A DNA stretch of 64,000 nt from a virus, in IMG/VR virus record IMGVR_UViG_3300022902_000007; one strand, written 5' to 3'. Of this stretch, positions 38,397-47,776 are shown in pieces; within the stretch, counting starts at the first letter, position 1; the number at the start of each line of letters is the position of its first letter. A model generated the notes under the pieces. It made no database searches. It was not told the DNA's origin and worked only from the letters and a program-made list of their open reading frames with translations. Position numbers and translations under genes: made by a program.

Positions 38397-39182
38397 TTAG
38401 TTTGTAAACCTTTCTCTGAATGCTTTGAGCAGATTGTCTTTGTGTTCTGGAATCTGTTCGAGATTCCACCAGAAGTTTAGTTCAATTAGCTCTTTGTATA
38501 ATCTTTTGTCAGAGCTATGAGAGGATTTCGGTGGGGGAGGCAAAGAGTATCCGTTGTCTTGAGAGCGGAAGATATCTTTGTTCATTTTTTCGCTGGTCGG
38601 GAAGCAGTGCATTTGCCATATCCCACCGCCGAATTCTTTTATTACTTCGACTTCTTTTTCATATCTAACATCGTCAATGAGAAACACGCCTCTCTTTCCG
38701 GGTTCTGGCTCAAGCGTGGCGATGAGCTCTCTCATGTAGTTGGCAAAGTAATCAGGATGAATTGACTTGAAGAAGTCACCAGTCATCTGCATGATTTGTC
38801 TTGGAGACTTTTCACGTAGCCGCTGGATAGGGGCTTCTTTTTCCAGTGCTGTCATCTCAGGTGTGATGGAGAGGTTGAGGAAGGTGTCTGCAAATTTGCG
38901 AATTGGTTCTGCAAAGTTGTGAGTGACGATTGTATATGTGTCTTTTGGCAGTGCTTCTGTGAGAAGTCTCGCTGATAAGCTCTTACCCATACGACGATAG
39001 CCTGCAAAGCCAATGACGATATGCCTGTTAAGATTCCATCTCTGCATACCTTCTATTGTTCTCTGGATGTATCCAGCTGTATCAATATCCGGGTAAGGCT
39101 CAACTGATATTTGCTTCCACTTTGGTGGGAGCCTATTACTGACATCCGTGATGTCGTACTGTACTTCGGTTCCATCAAACAT
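38397..39182 (-). CDS. Deoxynucleoside monophosphate kinase
   Basis: 'IGFAGYRRMGKS', 'NFAEPI', 'PRQIMQ..GD', 'IDDVRYEKE', 'HSSD'. Confidence 0.8.
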   Translation of the reverse strand: MFDGTEVQYDITDVSNRLPPKWKQISVEPYPDIDTAGYIQRTIEGMQRWNLNRHIVIGFAGYRRMGKSLSARLLTEALPKDTYTIVTHNFAEPIRKFADTFLNLSITPEMTALEKEAPIQRLREKSPRQIMQMTGDFFKSIHPDYFANYMRELIATLEPEPGKRGVFLIDDVRYEKEVEVIKEFGGGIWQMHCFPTSEKMNKDIFRSQDNGYSLPPPPKSSHSSDKRLYKELIELNFWWNLEQIPEHKDNLLKAFRERFTN

Positions 39183-39373
39183 TAGTCTTCATCCAGTGTG
39201 GCGTATGCCTTTTGTCCGTCATACATCCCTTCTGATGGGAAGTATTCGCCTGCCTCGGTCGTATACAGAGCCTTTTGGACGGCCTCTTCTTCTGATTCGG
39301 CCATGATTGTATATCTATAGAATGGATAGTCGCATGGGATGATTACTTCGTACTCATTCATTGTTGTCTCCAA
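39182..39373 (-). CDS. Hypothetical protein
   Basis: 'AESEEEA' phage small-protein motif. Confidence 0.45.
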   Translation of the reverse strand: METTMNEYEVIIPCDYPFYRYTIMAESEEEAVQKALYTTEAGEYFPSEGMYDGQKAYATLDED

Positions 39374-39947
39374 TTCTTACTGTCATGAATTCTACTCTCC
39401 CAGCATTGACCGCATCTCTGATGCGGCGTTGTACCTTGGAGAGCTGTGACTTGTTTGTCTTCACATCGATTAGAACTATTTTGTTTATCTCGTTTGCTTC
39501 ACCGTCGTTAACAGCTCCACAGCCGTCAAAGCAGATTATGTCTACTGGCTTACCAATGAAACGCATGTCCCCTGGTTCGAGTCCTTCAATCATGAATGGA
39601 GCGAGGTTCTCTGCTGCTTGACCTCTCAAGACTGCGCGTGATTGGTCGAGAGTCTTCTTCCTTATCTTTTTTGTTTCTTCTTGCTTCCACAGCTCCATCA
39701 GTCCACGAGCTTCTTCTCGGGCCACGGTTTCAACTTCTGCTTTGTCGACTAATAGCTCTTGGTATTTGGAAGACAATAGATCCATGTCACCAGAGAGCTG
39801 TGTACTCTTGCCTGTCAATTCGTGAATCTGCTGCTTGGCGTCCGATACGAACAATTCCAGGCGGGTGATGTCTTCTTGTTTGCTTTTGTGTATTGCATAT
39901 GCAATGATTAAAGAGATGACTGCGAGGCCAATAAATAGGAATTCCAT
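39354..39947 (-). CDS. Membrane-anchored endonuclease related to archaeal Holliday junction resolvase
   Basis: N-terminal TM, coiled coil, 'SRAVLRGQAAENLAP', 'FIGKPVDIICFDG', 'DVKT...LSKVQRRIRDAV'. Confidence 0.8.
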   Translation of the reverse strand: MEFLFIGLAVISLIIAYAIHKSKQEDITRLELFVSDAKQQIHELTGKSTQLSGDMDLLSSKYQELLVDKAEVETVAREEARGLMELWKQEETKKIRKKTLDQSRAVLRGQAAENLAPFMIEGLEPGDMRFIGKPVDIICFDGCGAVNDGEANEINKIVLIDVKTNKSQLSKVQRRIRDAVNAGRVEFMTVRIGDNNE

Positions 39948-39958
39948 GGAGTTGACTC

Positions 39959-40375
39959 ATGATAACTGAAGTTTTGGTTAATGGACATTTTGCAACGATG
40001 CATGCTGACCATGTTAGATTGTTTGAATTTGCCAGTAGGTTTGGTCTCGTGACAGTCGCCATCAACAATGATGAATGGGCTGAAAGGAAATATGGTAAGG
40101 GCTTTGTTTCTCTCACAGACCGTGCCTATCTTCTGAGGTCATGTAGATATGTACACAATGTAGTGGTGTTCAATGAAGAGACACCAGCTGAGCTAATACT
40201 CCAGCTCAAGCCCCGAGTCATAGTCAAAGGCCCCGACTATAAAGACAAAGAATTGTCTGAACAGTGGGCTATTGATAGAGTAAGGGCCAAGCTGGTATTC
40301 AGGCCTGGTGAGAATGTGCATTCAAGTAGTCAGATACTTCAGGTGGCACAGAGGAAGCGTCCTCCTCTTTACTAA
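39959..40375 (+). CDS. Cytidylyl/adenylyltransferase (HldE domain II/TagD-like)
   Basis: 'NGHFATMHADH', 'VAINND', 'FNEETP', 'VKGPDY', 'HSSS'. Confidence 0.8.
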   Translation: MITEVLVNGHFATMHADHVRLFEFASRFGLVTVAINNDEWAERKYGKGFVSLTDRAYLLRSCRYVHNVVVFNEETPAELILQLKPRVIVKGPDYKDKELSEQWAIDRVRAKLVFRPGENVHSSSQILQVAQRKRPPLY

Positions 40376-40703
40376 AGCAGTGCCAAGAAGCTCTCTTCAT
40401 TATGTATGAAGACTCAGTTTGCTCGGGCACCCAAGGCCCGAGCCAGGCAATGAGCTCGTCTCTATAGAATAGAAAGCTTCCTTTGTCACTAAAGGCAGAA
40501 TGAGTTTCTACACGGCAGTCTCTTGCAAACTCTTCAAACGGAGTGTTCCAGTTCTCTTGGAGAGCCCTCATCCATCGCTGTGTTAGGATTTGCTCGTAGA
40601 ACTCATTTTCTGTCTTGGCCATCTTTGAAGTCATGTCAATGATCTTGTCATTGAAGAAGTTCTCGCAGGACGGACTAATTGTCAGAGTGGATGTGTTATC
40701 CAT
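40299..40703 (-). CDS. Hypothetical protein
   Basis: TAATG coupling. Confidence 0.4.
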   Translation of the reverse strand: MDNTSTLTISPSCENFFNDKIIDMTSKMAKTENEFYEQILTQRWMRALQENWNTPFEEFARDCRVETHSAFSDKGSFLFYRDELIAWLGPWVPEQTESSYIMKRASWHCFSKEEDASSVPPEVSDYLNAHSHQA

Positions 40704-41083
40704 TAGCTGTAGTCCATTCCAGCATAGATCTTTGGAACCTTCTTCGTGCCGAATACCTTTTCTGACATTTGGATCAGACTTGAAATTGTATTTGCATTGA
40801 TTGGGCCATAACTATGCGTGTCATATTCGTAACCGGTGCCACCTATACCAATATAATTGCCGTCACAGTCGCTGTCAGAGTAGAAAGTAAGATCCTGGCT
40901 ACTAAACAGCTCATCCCATTTGTCGTACCAACTCCATTCATACTCTTCATGAGATGCTGGTTTTTGTTCAAAGATCTCACAGAGCCCTACATAGTTGTCG
41001 TAGGTGGTCCCTGCTATTTTATAGCCGAGAATCACGAATGAAGAAGAGCTACTGTTGCTTACGAAACCATTGCGTTGTTTCAT
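40703..41083 (-). CDS. FVSNSSSSSF-motif protein 7
   Basis: N-terminus MKQRNGFVSNSSSSSF. Confidence 0.75.
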   Translation of the reverse strand: MKQRNGFVSNSSSSSFVILGYKIAGTTYDNYVGLCEIFEQKPASHEEYEWSWYDKWDELFSSQDLTFYSDSDCDGNYIGIGGTGYEYDTHSYGPINANTISSLIQMSEKVFGTKKVPKIYAGMDYS

Positions 41084-41084
41084 T

Positions 41085-41423
41085 TTAACCTCTGTGAATT
41101 CTATATGCTTTGAACTTGTGTTCGATTAGATCATGTAGCTGATATGGGATGCTGTTGTCATAAGCTGATTCAATGACTATTTGGCCCGGAGTGATTGATT
41201 GCCAGAGCGGACCCCAGCTTGCCTCCATCTCCTCTACATATTCTTCTGTAGCCTCGAATGGCAGCAGGAACATGTCCAGAAACTGCTGGTTCTTCATGGA
41301 CCATTCAGTCCAGAAGTCTGTAAGAGATATTAAAAGCTCTGCTACTTCTTTTTTTGTATGCCCCGAGTCGCAAATGAATGAACTGGAGGAGCTATTTGAT
41401 ACAAACGATTTACGGACTTTCAT
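41085..41423 (-). CDS. FVSNSSSSSF-motif protein 8
   Basis: Start re-called at MKVRKSFVSNSSSSSF (GGAG upstream). Confidence 0.75.
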   Translation of the reverse strand: MKVRKSFVSNSSSSSFICDSGHTKKEVAELLISLTDFWTEWSMKNQQFLDMFLLPFEATEEYVEEMEASWGPLWQSITPGQIVIESAYDNSIPYQLHDLIEHKFKAYRIHRG

Positions 41424-41424
41424 G

Positions 41425-41934
41425 TCACTCTCCATTCACTATTTCGACTATGCCCTGGTCTTTGAGTCTCATGAGCTCGGTGTGCAAGATTTCATCGCTA
41501 TACTCTATTCTAATGTAGGCTGATTCTTTGTCTTTCAGAGCTTCTTTGAATCTGTCGATTTCGGCCTTGTCGGAAGCTGCCCATCTTACATAATCTGCAA
41601 GACGTTCTGCATTCGTAAGCCTGGAGGGCCGATTGCTCCATGGGTTACTTGCCCTCTCATCAGGCTGAAGTCTTTTCGTCTCTTCTATACGCCTGAGGCT
41701 TGTTTCGTAGTCCTTTTCCAGATCTTTTAGATAATCTTCGCCCGTGCCGTGCCGTCCAGAGCTATCTGAGTGACTGTACTGTGTATTCTCCAGCATCTGC
41801 AGGAGGTTGTGGCCTCCTCCGACTGGGTGGCCACAGTGAGGACACTTTCGCTCCTTGTCAAAGGTCCCAGGCTCGTAAGCAATCACGTAAGAGCTGCTTG
41901 AACTATTGCTAACGAATGAATGTCTAATCTTCAT
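41425..41934 (-). CDS. FVSNSSSSSF-motif protein 9 (with CPHC)
   Basis: N-terminus MKIRHSFVSNSSSSSY. Confidence 0.75.
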   Translation of the reverse strand: MKIRHSFVSNSSSSSYVIAYEPGTFDKERKCPHCGHPVGGGHNLLQMLENTQYSHSDSSGRHGTGEDYLKDLEKDYETSLRRIEETKRLQPDERASNPWSNRPSRLTNAERLADYVRWAASDKAEIDRFKEALKDKESAYIRIEYSDEILHTELMRLKDQGIVEIVNGE

Positions 41935-42196
41935 CTTCTGTGTCCTCTGTTTGAGTTTCTTCCATGTGGTCTTCTACCTCATCCCACGAGAAATCGCTAC
42001 CACAATAACTACATCTGATTACTGGCTCTTCTCCAGCCTCCATGGTATCGAGGAGCCCTTCTACTTGAGAGCCCCACTCTTTAGACCAAGATAGTGAGTG
42101 AAAATTGTGTACAGTTTCTATGTACATGAGGCTGGTAGAACTACAGTCAGGGCATACGGGGCGTGTTCTCATCTTATTTCTCCAGGAAGCAGGCAT
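41924..42196 (-). CDS. Zn-ribbon protein
   Basis: CPDC...CSYC. Confidence 0.5.
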   Translation of the reverse strand: MPASWRNKMRTRPVCPDCSSTSLMYIETVHNFHSLSWSKEWGSQVEGLLDTMEAGEEPVIRCSYCGSDFSWDEVEDHMEETQTEDTEDED

Positions 42197-42776
42197 TCAT
42201 TCTTAGTGCTTGGAAGATCCCCTTACCGACTTGATCCAGTTTAGATTGGGCCAAGGGGATGTCAGCATGATAGAAGATTATCTGAGCGACAGCCTGCATG
42301 AATCTCTCTTGATTTTCTGTTGAGTTGGTTTTGTCGATATGAATTATCTTTTCGCTGAAATCTATGGACCAGTCCTCGTCAGTCTGAAAAACTGAATAGA
42401 TATGTCCCTGGTAGACAAATGAATCGGGGATGAACAAAGCTGAGAGATCTTTCTTTTGCCAGTATTCATGGGCTTTGTCAATCACGTGTGTCTTGATTCT
42501 TTCAAGATTAACAGTGTCGTCGTCAAGGACTTCTTGAATGAGTGTTTTCAATGTTAGATACTCACCATGGGAATCCTTTACGAGGAGCATCTCGTACTTT
42601 TTATCGAAAAACATGTCAGTCGCCGCGTCCAAAGCTTCTTGTAGATACACTCGTGACCTTTGACGGGGATGCATTAGCTTGATGTAGTCGTCCATCGCTT
42701 GAGTGAGAATCTTGTACAGAAGGGTTCTGTAGTCATCGCCGCCGAAGCTGGCTTCTGACAAATCATCAATTGGCAT
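42174..42776 (-). CDS. Hypothetical protein
   Basis: GGAG RBS, 200 aa. Confidence 0.55.
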   Translation of the reverse strand: MPIDDLSEASFGGDDYRTLLYKILTQAMDDYIKLMHPRQRSRVYLQEALDAATDMFFDKKYEMLLVKDSHGEYLTLKTLIQEVLDDDTVNLERIKTHVIDKAHEYWQKKDLSALFIPDSFVYQGHIYSVFQTDEDWSIDFSEKIIHIDKTNSTENQERFMQAVAQIIFYHADIPLAQSKLDQVGKGIFQALRMNACFLEK

Positions 42777-42972
42777 TGGCGATCTCCTTCAGTACTTTCT
42801 CCAGGACCTTGATCAGGAACTTTATGTCATCAGCCTTGGTCGGCTGTATCACAGGATCCAGTGGCCCCTTGTAAAGGTAGTCGTTCATTACTATCTGAAG
42901 ATTGATCAGAGTAGTTTTGTCGAGACAGGAGACCCTTTCAAGAAGTCTGTCTTCTTCTGTTCTGGTTAACAT
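42766..42972 (-). CDS. Hypothetical protein
   Basis: TAATG coupling. Confidence 0.45.
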   Translation of the reverse strand: MLTRTEEDRLLERVSCLDKTTLINLQIVMNDYLYKGPLDPVIQPTKADDIKFLIKVLEKVLKEIANAN

Positions 42973-43352
42973 TAAAATGGCTCCTTGGCCTTTGCGAAAA
43001 CGATGTTATGGTAGCAGACGGTGTCGCCAGTGTTCATTGTAGAATGAGACTCACACTCGGCTGCTTGTAAGCCAGAGCATAGTGGCTGATCTTCGCACAT
43101 TATTGAGTATTCTGCAGAGTCCCAGTCTAAAGGACCATCTGTGAAAAGAGTCTGGGAAGAAACCTCGATCTGTTCTCTGTCCTCAACCAAGTTGAAGCCG
43201 TCGAGGACTGCTATGTTTACTCCAGTACTATCATCTACGAGAAAGTATCTCAGGTCTTTGGGCTTCGGCGGTGATAGGAGGTCGTGTAGTTTTTGTCTAA
43301 GTAGTTTTAGTAGTTTCATTTTAGTCCTAACAGGCGCTCGTATTGCACTCAA
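42972..43352 (-). CDS. Hypothetical protein
   Basis: ORF in operon context. Confidence 0.45.
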   Translation of the reverse strand: MSAIRAPVRTKMKLLKLLRQKLHDLLSPPKPKDLRYFLVDDSTGVNIAVLDGFNLVEDREQIEVSSQTLFTDGPLDWDSAEYSIMCEDQPLCSGLQAAECESHSTMNTGDTVCYHNIVFAKAKEPF

Positions 43353-45690
43353 GACACGTTTTACAACCGTCCATCATCTGGTGCGGCGTTAACTTCTTGC
43401 ATTGTTTACAATGTAACTGAGCGTTTCCTTTTGAATCTTTGTCAACGAACGTAGTCAGTAGTTTGGACAACTTTGTCGGCAAACTGAATAGATGTTGTCC
43501 ATCAATCTTTTCGAGCTGATCCATGATCTCACCAACAGGTACTCCGTATCTCATCGCCATGCTTACAAGCCTTCCTACAGTAGCAAGCTCTCTTGCAATC
43601 GGATCTTGCATCTCATCTCTATTCAGACCAGAGAAGAACACTTCGTAAGGTTTTCCATCTGTCTCGTTTATAGTGACGTAGACATTCTTCTGCACACCTG
43701 TACCCAATACCACTGGGACCTTCTCCGTGAAGCCGTGTAAGCGTTCAGGACGGGTTCTGGTGTCAAGGGCTGGGGCAGATACATTTGAAGGCTCAGAATT
43801 GATTACAGAGCCTTCCAGAGGCTCTGAGGATAGAACCTGGAATGGCTTTGAATTGTTCCTATAGACAGTTGTACCTGGAATGCCAAGCTTCCATGCAAGC
43901 ATGTATGCTGCAGAGACATCTTCTCTGGTTGCAGATTCAGGAAGGTTGATGGTTTTCGAGACGCCCATGCTACAGAAGTCACTGACAGCTGCCTGCATTG
44001 CGATGTGGTCTTCCCAAGATATCTTTTCAGCAGTCTGGTCTTGCATGTCGTTTTCAAAGGCGACGTCTTTCAGCCAATGATTCACAGTGGTGGCACCGTT
44101 GTTGTCCTTGCGATGAGTTGTCCAGTACTGAACTGGCTCACAGCCATAAGATCCCGCTTCTCTATCGGAGATACAGGCGAATATGTACGTGAGAGATCCT
44201 GTAGGAGCAATCGAAGTTACAGTGGCATTCATTGGGAGAACTTCATCAAAATTCACTGTATCTGACAGATCTTTAAAGGCTTTTGCCAAGCTTTTCCACG
44301 GCGCACGTTTTGAAGAGTGTCTGTGATACCTGTTACATTGACTGACGTATTTATCAATACGAGTTACCCAAGCGTCTCTATCGAGATGGATTGACTGATC
44401 ACCTCGCTCATTTCCAATGTCAATGCTCTCGGACCAGGCAGTCAATTCTATAGTAGCCATAATGCGAGCGGCGAATTCACGACCTTCCTGAGAGTCATAC
44501 TTCAAACCCTGAAGAATCAGTGCATCATGAAGGCCAGTAAATCCAAGGCCAATACGCTTACTCTCTTTATTGTTCGTGTCAATCTGTTCAATTGGGATCT
44601 TGTTCACACTGAGTGAGTCATTCAGATACCTAACAGTGAGACGTGTGTACTTTTTGAGTGTTTTCCATGGAAGGTCTTGCGTGAATATCTTCGCGAGGTT
44701 CAGAGAGCCAAGGTTACAAGCGTCACCCGAGACTGGAAGAAGAGCCTCGCCGCAGGGGTTGGCTCCCAAAACACCCATAGAAGGTGTAGTATTGCGTCGT
44801 TCTAACTCGTCACAGAACATGACCCCAGGATCAGCATGATTCCAAGCATTGTCTACAATCAGGTCCCAGATCTGATGAGCATAAATAGTTCCTGTCAGAT
44901 GTTCTATAGCTGGCAGCAAGGTCTTGTAATAGAAGAACGCCGACTGTGGGTCAGCTTGCTCATTGAGAGTCTTCGACCATATCTCTCTATATTCTTCCCA
45001 TGTATTGATGGTCAGACCGTGGTATGGATTGTCTGTCTTCGTATTGTCATTGTGCCAATGGAGATACCATTCTTTGTCATTCTCTATAGCGCCCATGAAC
45101 AGATCAGAGCATCTGACAGACATGTTGCACTGGGTCAATGGCAGGTCGAGTTCTCCGTTGCCTCTGTCGATTGGCCTCTTTGCGAGAATGAATTCGATGA
45201 TGTCGGGATGATCACAGCTGAGTGCTGCCATGAAGGCCCCACGAGCTCGTCCTCCTGCAGTAATATATCCCGTAGTTCTTTCGATGCGCCCGACGACAGG
45301 CCTGATACCCACTGCAGGGTTGGGAGAGTTCGAGATGTCACAGCCACGAGGCCGCAGCTTGTCAAACACGAATCCAACGCCGCCCGAAGACTTGAATACA
45401 TCTCTTGCGACTTCATCGGATTTCCAGATGCTCTCAAGGGTGTCGTCGATGTCATAGACAAAGCATGAAGAGCCTGATCCTTCACCAGGCACACCATAAT
45501 TCCAGAGCTGAGGGGAGCCGGGGAGGAACCAGCCTTCACTCATCATCTTGAAGTAGCGCTCTCTGTCCAGCTCGTCTTCAGTCACATAGTCAGCTACTCG
45601 TTTGAATACGTCGTCCCAGCATTCCTCATCGCCACGACGCGCATAACGATTCTTGAATAGGTCTTCTTCATACTTTGTCTTGAATGCCAA
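43327..45690 (-). CDS. nrdJ: Class II (B12-dependent) ribonucleotide reductase with C-terminal TSCPD/Zn-ribbon
   Basis: 'FLPGSP', 'SSCF', 'GGVG', 'ANPCGE', 'CNLGSLNL', 'RIGLG', 'SIAPTG', 'SKTIN', 'GCKTCLEC'. Confidence 0.92.
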   Translation of the reverse strand: MAFKTKYEEDLFKNRYARRGDEECWDDVFKRVADYVTEDELDRERYFKMMSEGWFLPGSPQLWNYGVPGEGSGSSCFVYDIDDTLESIWKSDEVARDVFKSSGGVGFVFDKLRPRGCDISNSPNPAVGIRPVVGRIERTTGYITAGGRARGAFMAALSCDHPDIIEFILAKRPIDRGNGELDLPLTQCNMSVRCSDLFMGAIENDKEWYLHWHNDNTKTDNPYHGLTINTWEEYREIWSKTLNEQADPQSAFFYYKTLLPAIEHLTGTIYAHQIWDLIVDNAWNHADPGVMFCDELERRNTTPSMGVLGANPCGEALLPVSGDACNLGSLNLAKIFTQDLPWKTLKKYTRLTVRYLNDSLSVNKIPIEQIDTNNKESKRIGLGFTGLHDALILQGLKYDSQEGREFAARIMATIELTAWSESIDIGNERGDQSIHLDRDAWVTRIDKYVSQCNRYHRHSSKRAPWKSLAKAFKDLSDTVNFDEVLPMNATVTSIAPTGSLTYIFACISDREAGSYGCEPVQYWTTHRKDNNGATTVNHWLKDVAFENDMQDQTAEKISWEDHIAMQAAVSDFCSMGVSKTINLPESATREDVSAAYMLAWKLGIPGTTVYRNNSKPFQVLSSEPLEGSVINSEPSNVSAPALDTRTRPERLHGFTEKVPVVLGTGVQKNVYVTINETDGKPYEVFFSGLNRDEMQDPIARELATVGRLVSMAMRYGVPVGEIMDQLEKIDGQHLFSLPTKLSKLLTTFVDKDSKGNAQLHCKQCKKLTPHQMMDGCKTCLECNTSAC

Positions 45691-45694
45691 GAGG

Positions 45695-46072
45695 CTACTC
45701 CTTGTCGAAGTCTTTTACTCGATCTCCGAGCTTGTTGATTAGATACTGAACTTCTTCAGCATTGTGATCATCGGTCCATCGCCATCCTCGAAGCTCTTTT
45801 GTTCGTGTCATTAGGCAATGCATACAGGTGGTATCTTGAATGGTCCTGGCAAGAGTAGTAATTCTTCTGCCACTGCAACTCGAATAATAATGGATTTTGT
45901 TTCTTGTCTTCCACGGAATTACAGGACGGATGCCGTCGCAAGGGCATTTTCCATGATTTACATTCTCACAGGCTGCTTCTGTTAGTACCCAGCCGACCCC
46001 TCTCTTAGAGCCAGGATACATTATTATCACTGATTCTCCAGGCTTGAAGTCATATATCTTGGATGAGGACAT
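45695..46072 (-). CDS. Hypothetical Cys-rich protein
   Basis: ORF in operon context. Confidence 0.45.
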   Translation of the reverse strand: MSSSKIYDFKPGESVIIMYPGSKRGVGWVLTEAACENVNHGKCPCDGIRPVIPWKTRNKIHYYSSCSGRRITTLARTIQDTTCMHCLMTRTKELRGWRWTDDHNAEEVQYLINKLGDRVKDFDKE

Positions 46073-46354
46073 TTATTGATCCAGTGTCTTGTAATATTCC
46101 AGAAGGATCGCATCATAGATGCGCTTGCGGTTTTCGATTCCCTCTTCTCCAAAGAACCGAACATTGTCGTACCATGTGGTATCGCCCTCTGCGCTGGTGC
46201 CTTGGCTTTGTGGGGGGCCTACGAACAAGCCGTTCTGGCCTGCTACGATTCGGAATCCGCCCACACTGAACCAGTCTTCAATTACGACTGATGCAATACC
46301 GACGAGTTTAGCTGGATTCTTGACTGGCCAAACCTTGATTCTAAAGTTAAACAT
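46073..46354 (-). CDS. spoVG: SpoVG-family nucleic-acid-binding protein
   Basis: 'LVGIASVVIED.F.V.GFRIVAGQNGLFVGPP...YDNV...RKRIYDAILLEY'. Confidence 0.85.
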   Translation of the reverse strand: MFNFRIKVWPVKNPAKLVGIASVVIEDWFSVGGFRIVAGQNGLFVGPPQSQGTSAEGDTTWYDNVRFFGEEGIENRKRIYDAILLEYYKTLDQ

Positions 46355-46882
46355 TTATTTTATCTCCATTAGTTTGTACTTGATGTTGTTGATTTCTACG
46401 ACTTTGCCGTTACAACCTTGGGTTTCGTCCGATTGGGTACGAAGTTTGTGCTCTGCTTCGGTGAGGAGTTCATCGTTGAGGTAATAGTACTTTGTACCAT
46501 CGGAATAGATGATTGCAGGGCCATCTTCTCGGTGAAGTTTATCGTCTTGGCACCACATTTGGTAGCCATCGGAATGGATGATTGCAGGGCCATCTTCTCG
46601 GTGAAGTTTATCGTCTTGGCACCATTCTTGGTAGCCATCGGAATAGATGATTGCAGGTCCATCTGTGCGGTGGACTTTACCGTTTAGCCACCAAGCTTGG
46701 TAGCCATTGGAATAGATGACTGCAGGTCCATCTGTACGGTGGAAATTACCGTTTTGGTACCACTCTTGGTAGTCATCAGAATAGACGACTGCAGGACCAT
46801 CTTCTCGGTGAAGTTTACCGTTGAAGTACCACTTAACGGTACCATTTTCGTAGGTTCTGACTTCTTGGGTTTCATAGTTCAT
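46355..46882 (-). CDS. Repeat protein with 22-aa LHREDGPA units
   Basis: Five tandem 'LHRxDGPAIIYSDGYQEW' repeats. Confidence 0.8.
   Translation of the reverse strand: MNYETQEVRTYENGTVKWYFNGKLHREDGPAVVYSDDYQEWYQNGNFHRTDGPAVIYSNGYQAWWLNGKVHRTDGPAIIYSDGYQEWCQDDKLHREDGPAIIHSDGYQMWCQDDKLHREDGPAIIYSDGTKYYYLNDELLTEAEHKLRTQSDETQGCNGKVVEINNIKYKLMEIK
46490..46830. repeat. 66-bp coding tandem repeats
   Basis: Near-identical units such as gatgattgcagggccatcttctcggtgaagtttatcgtcttggcacca, spaced 66 bp apart. Confidence 0.8.
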
Positions 46883-46897
46883 TTTAGTTTCTCTGTT

Positions 46898-47167
46898 TTA
46901 TAGCTCTTGATTGTCTGCTTCTGCGCAGTAGAAGCCAATGATCATCCCAGTGACATCCTCAGTTGGCACGCCTAAGAGAAATGCGAGGATCTTTTTGGCT
47001 GTAGTCTCTGGCTCTACAGAGAGTGCTTCTTCGATCAGTTCTGCGAACTCACTATGTTCATCTCTGATGTTGTCCCAAGGCATGCATGAAATGTCATACA
47101 GTATTTGAGCAGCAGCAGCAGTACGAATTGATTCATCAAATCCGAGGAATGGGTTATTGTTTGGCAC
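46898..47167 (-). CDS. Hypothetical protein
   Basis: ORF in operon context. Confidence 0.45.
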   Translation of the reverse strand: MPNNNPFLGFDESIRTAAAAQILYDISCMPWDNIRDEHSEFAELIEEALSVEPETTAKKILAFLLGVPTEDVTGMIIGFYCAEADNQEL

Positions 47168-47414
47168 GATATTTCTCCAGTTTTCTATAGATCACGAGGG
47201 CCATGTTGATAATGAACCCAGTTACGATTGCAGCTGCTACAGCAGTTAGGCTCGTAGAAACAGCAGACAAGATTACATAAGTGAATACACTGACGAGGAT
47301 ATCACTGATGATGAAGTGCTTCAAGAAGAATCTTCTCAGAAATCCTGGCCAGTGCATAAAAGAGACGATTATTGAAAGGGCAAGTATAACGCCGAGTGTC
47401 AGGCCGCCGGCCAT
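47154..47414 (-). CDS. Small membrane protein (3 TM)
   Basis: Three hydrophobic helices. Confidence 0.55.
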   Translation of the reverse strand: MAGGLTLGVILALSIIVSFMHWPGFLRRFFLKHFIISDILVSVFTYVILSAVSTSLTAVAAAIVTGFIINMALVIYRKLEKYRAKQ

Positions 47415-47485
47415 TAGAACTTCCCCCTAAAGAGACAAGCAAGCAGTCTCATGATTATCCGTATGATTTCAGAGAAGGGAGTCAT

Positions 47486-47776
47486 TCAGTTCACAGGCCA
47501 CAATACAAGAGCGGACTCTGCTTCAGAAGGTACGGACTCGCCGTCTGACCATTCATCCCATTCTTCTCTGTCATAAACCTCGCCAGACCAAGTATTTTCT
47601 GGTATGTAGAATACGTTGTAGGCGAAGGAAGAGAGAGGTGAGAATCCATTACCTTCTGAATCTCTGGAGAGGACTACTATTGTCTCTGGGTCGAGCTCAG
47701 ATAGTACTTCAATTAGCTTCTTTACTTTCATTTCTTTATCCTCAGTATGATTTCCACTTCGAGATCTACAGACCAC
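47486..47776 (-). CDS. Hypothetical phage protein
   Basis: 'MKVKKLIEVL..DSEGNGFSP...VLWPVN'; likely start 47731. Confidence 0.55.
   Translation of the reverse strand: MVCRSRSGNHTEDKEMKVKKLIEVLSELDPETIVVLSRDSEGNGFSPLSSFAYNVFYIPENTWSGEVYDREEWDEWSDGESVPSEAESALVLWPVN

Noticed and set aside
37278-38400. Plus-strand ORFs opposite recA (likewise opposite nrdJ, primase and ligase)
   Set aside because: Antisense shadows of well-supported genes with no motifs.
46490-46830. Possible CRISPR array or DGR template/variable repeat
   Set aside because: Units are in-frame 66-bp coding repeats with no unique spacers. Differences from the 63.8-kb copy are not adenine-specific, and no reverse transcriptase is in the window.
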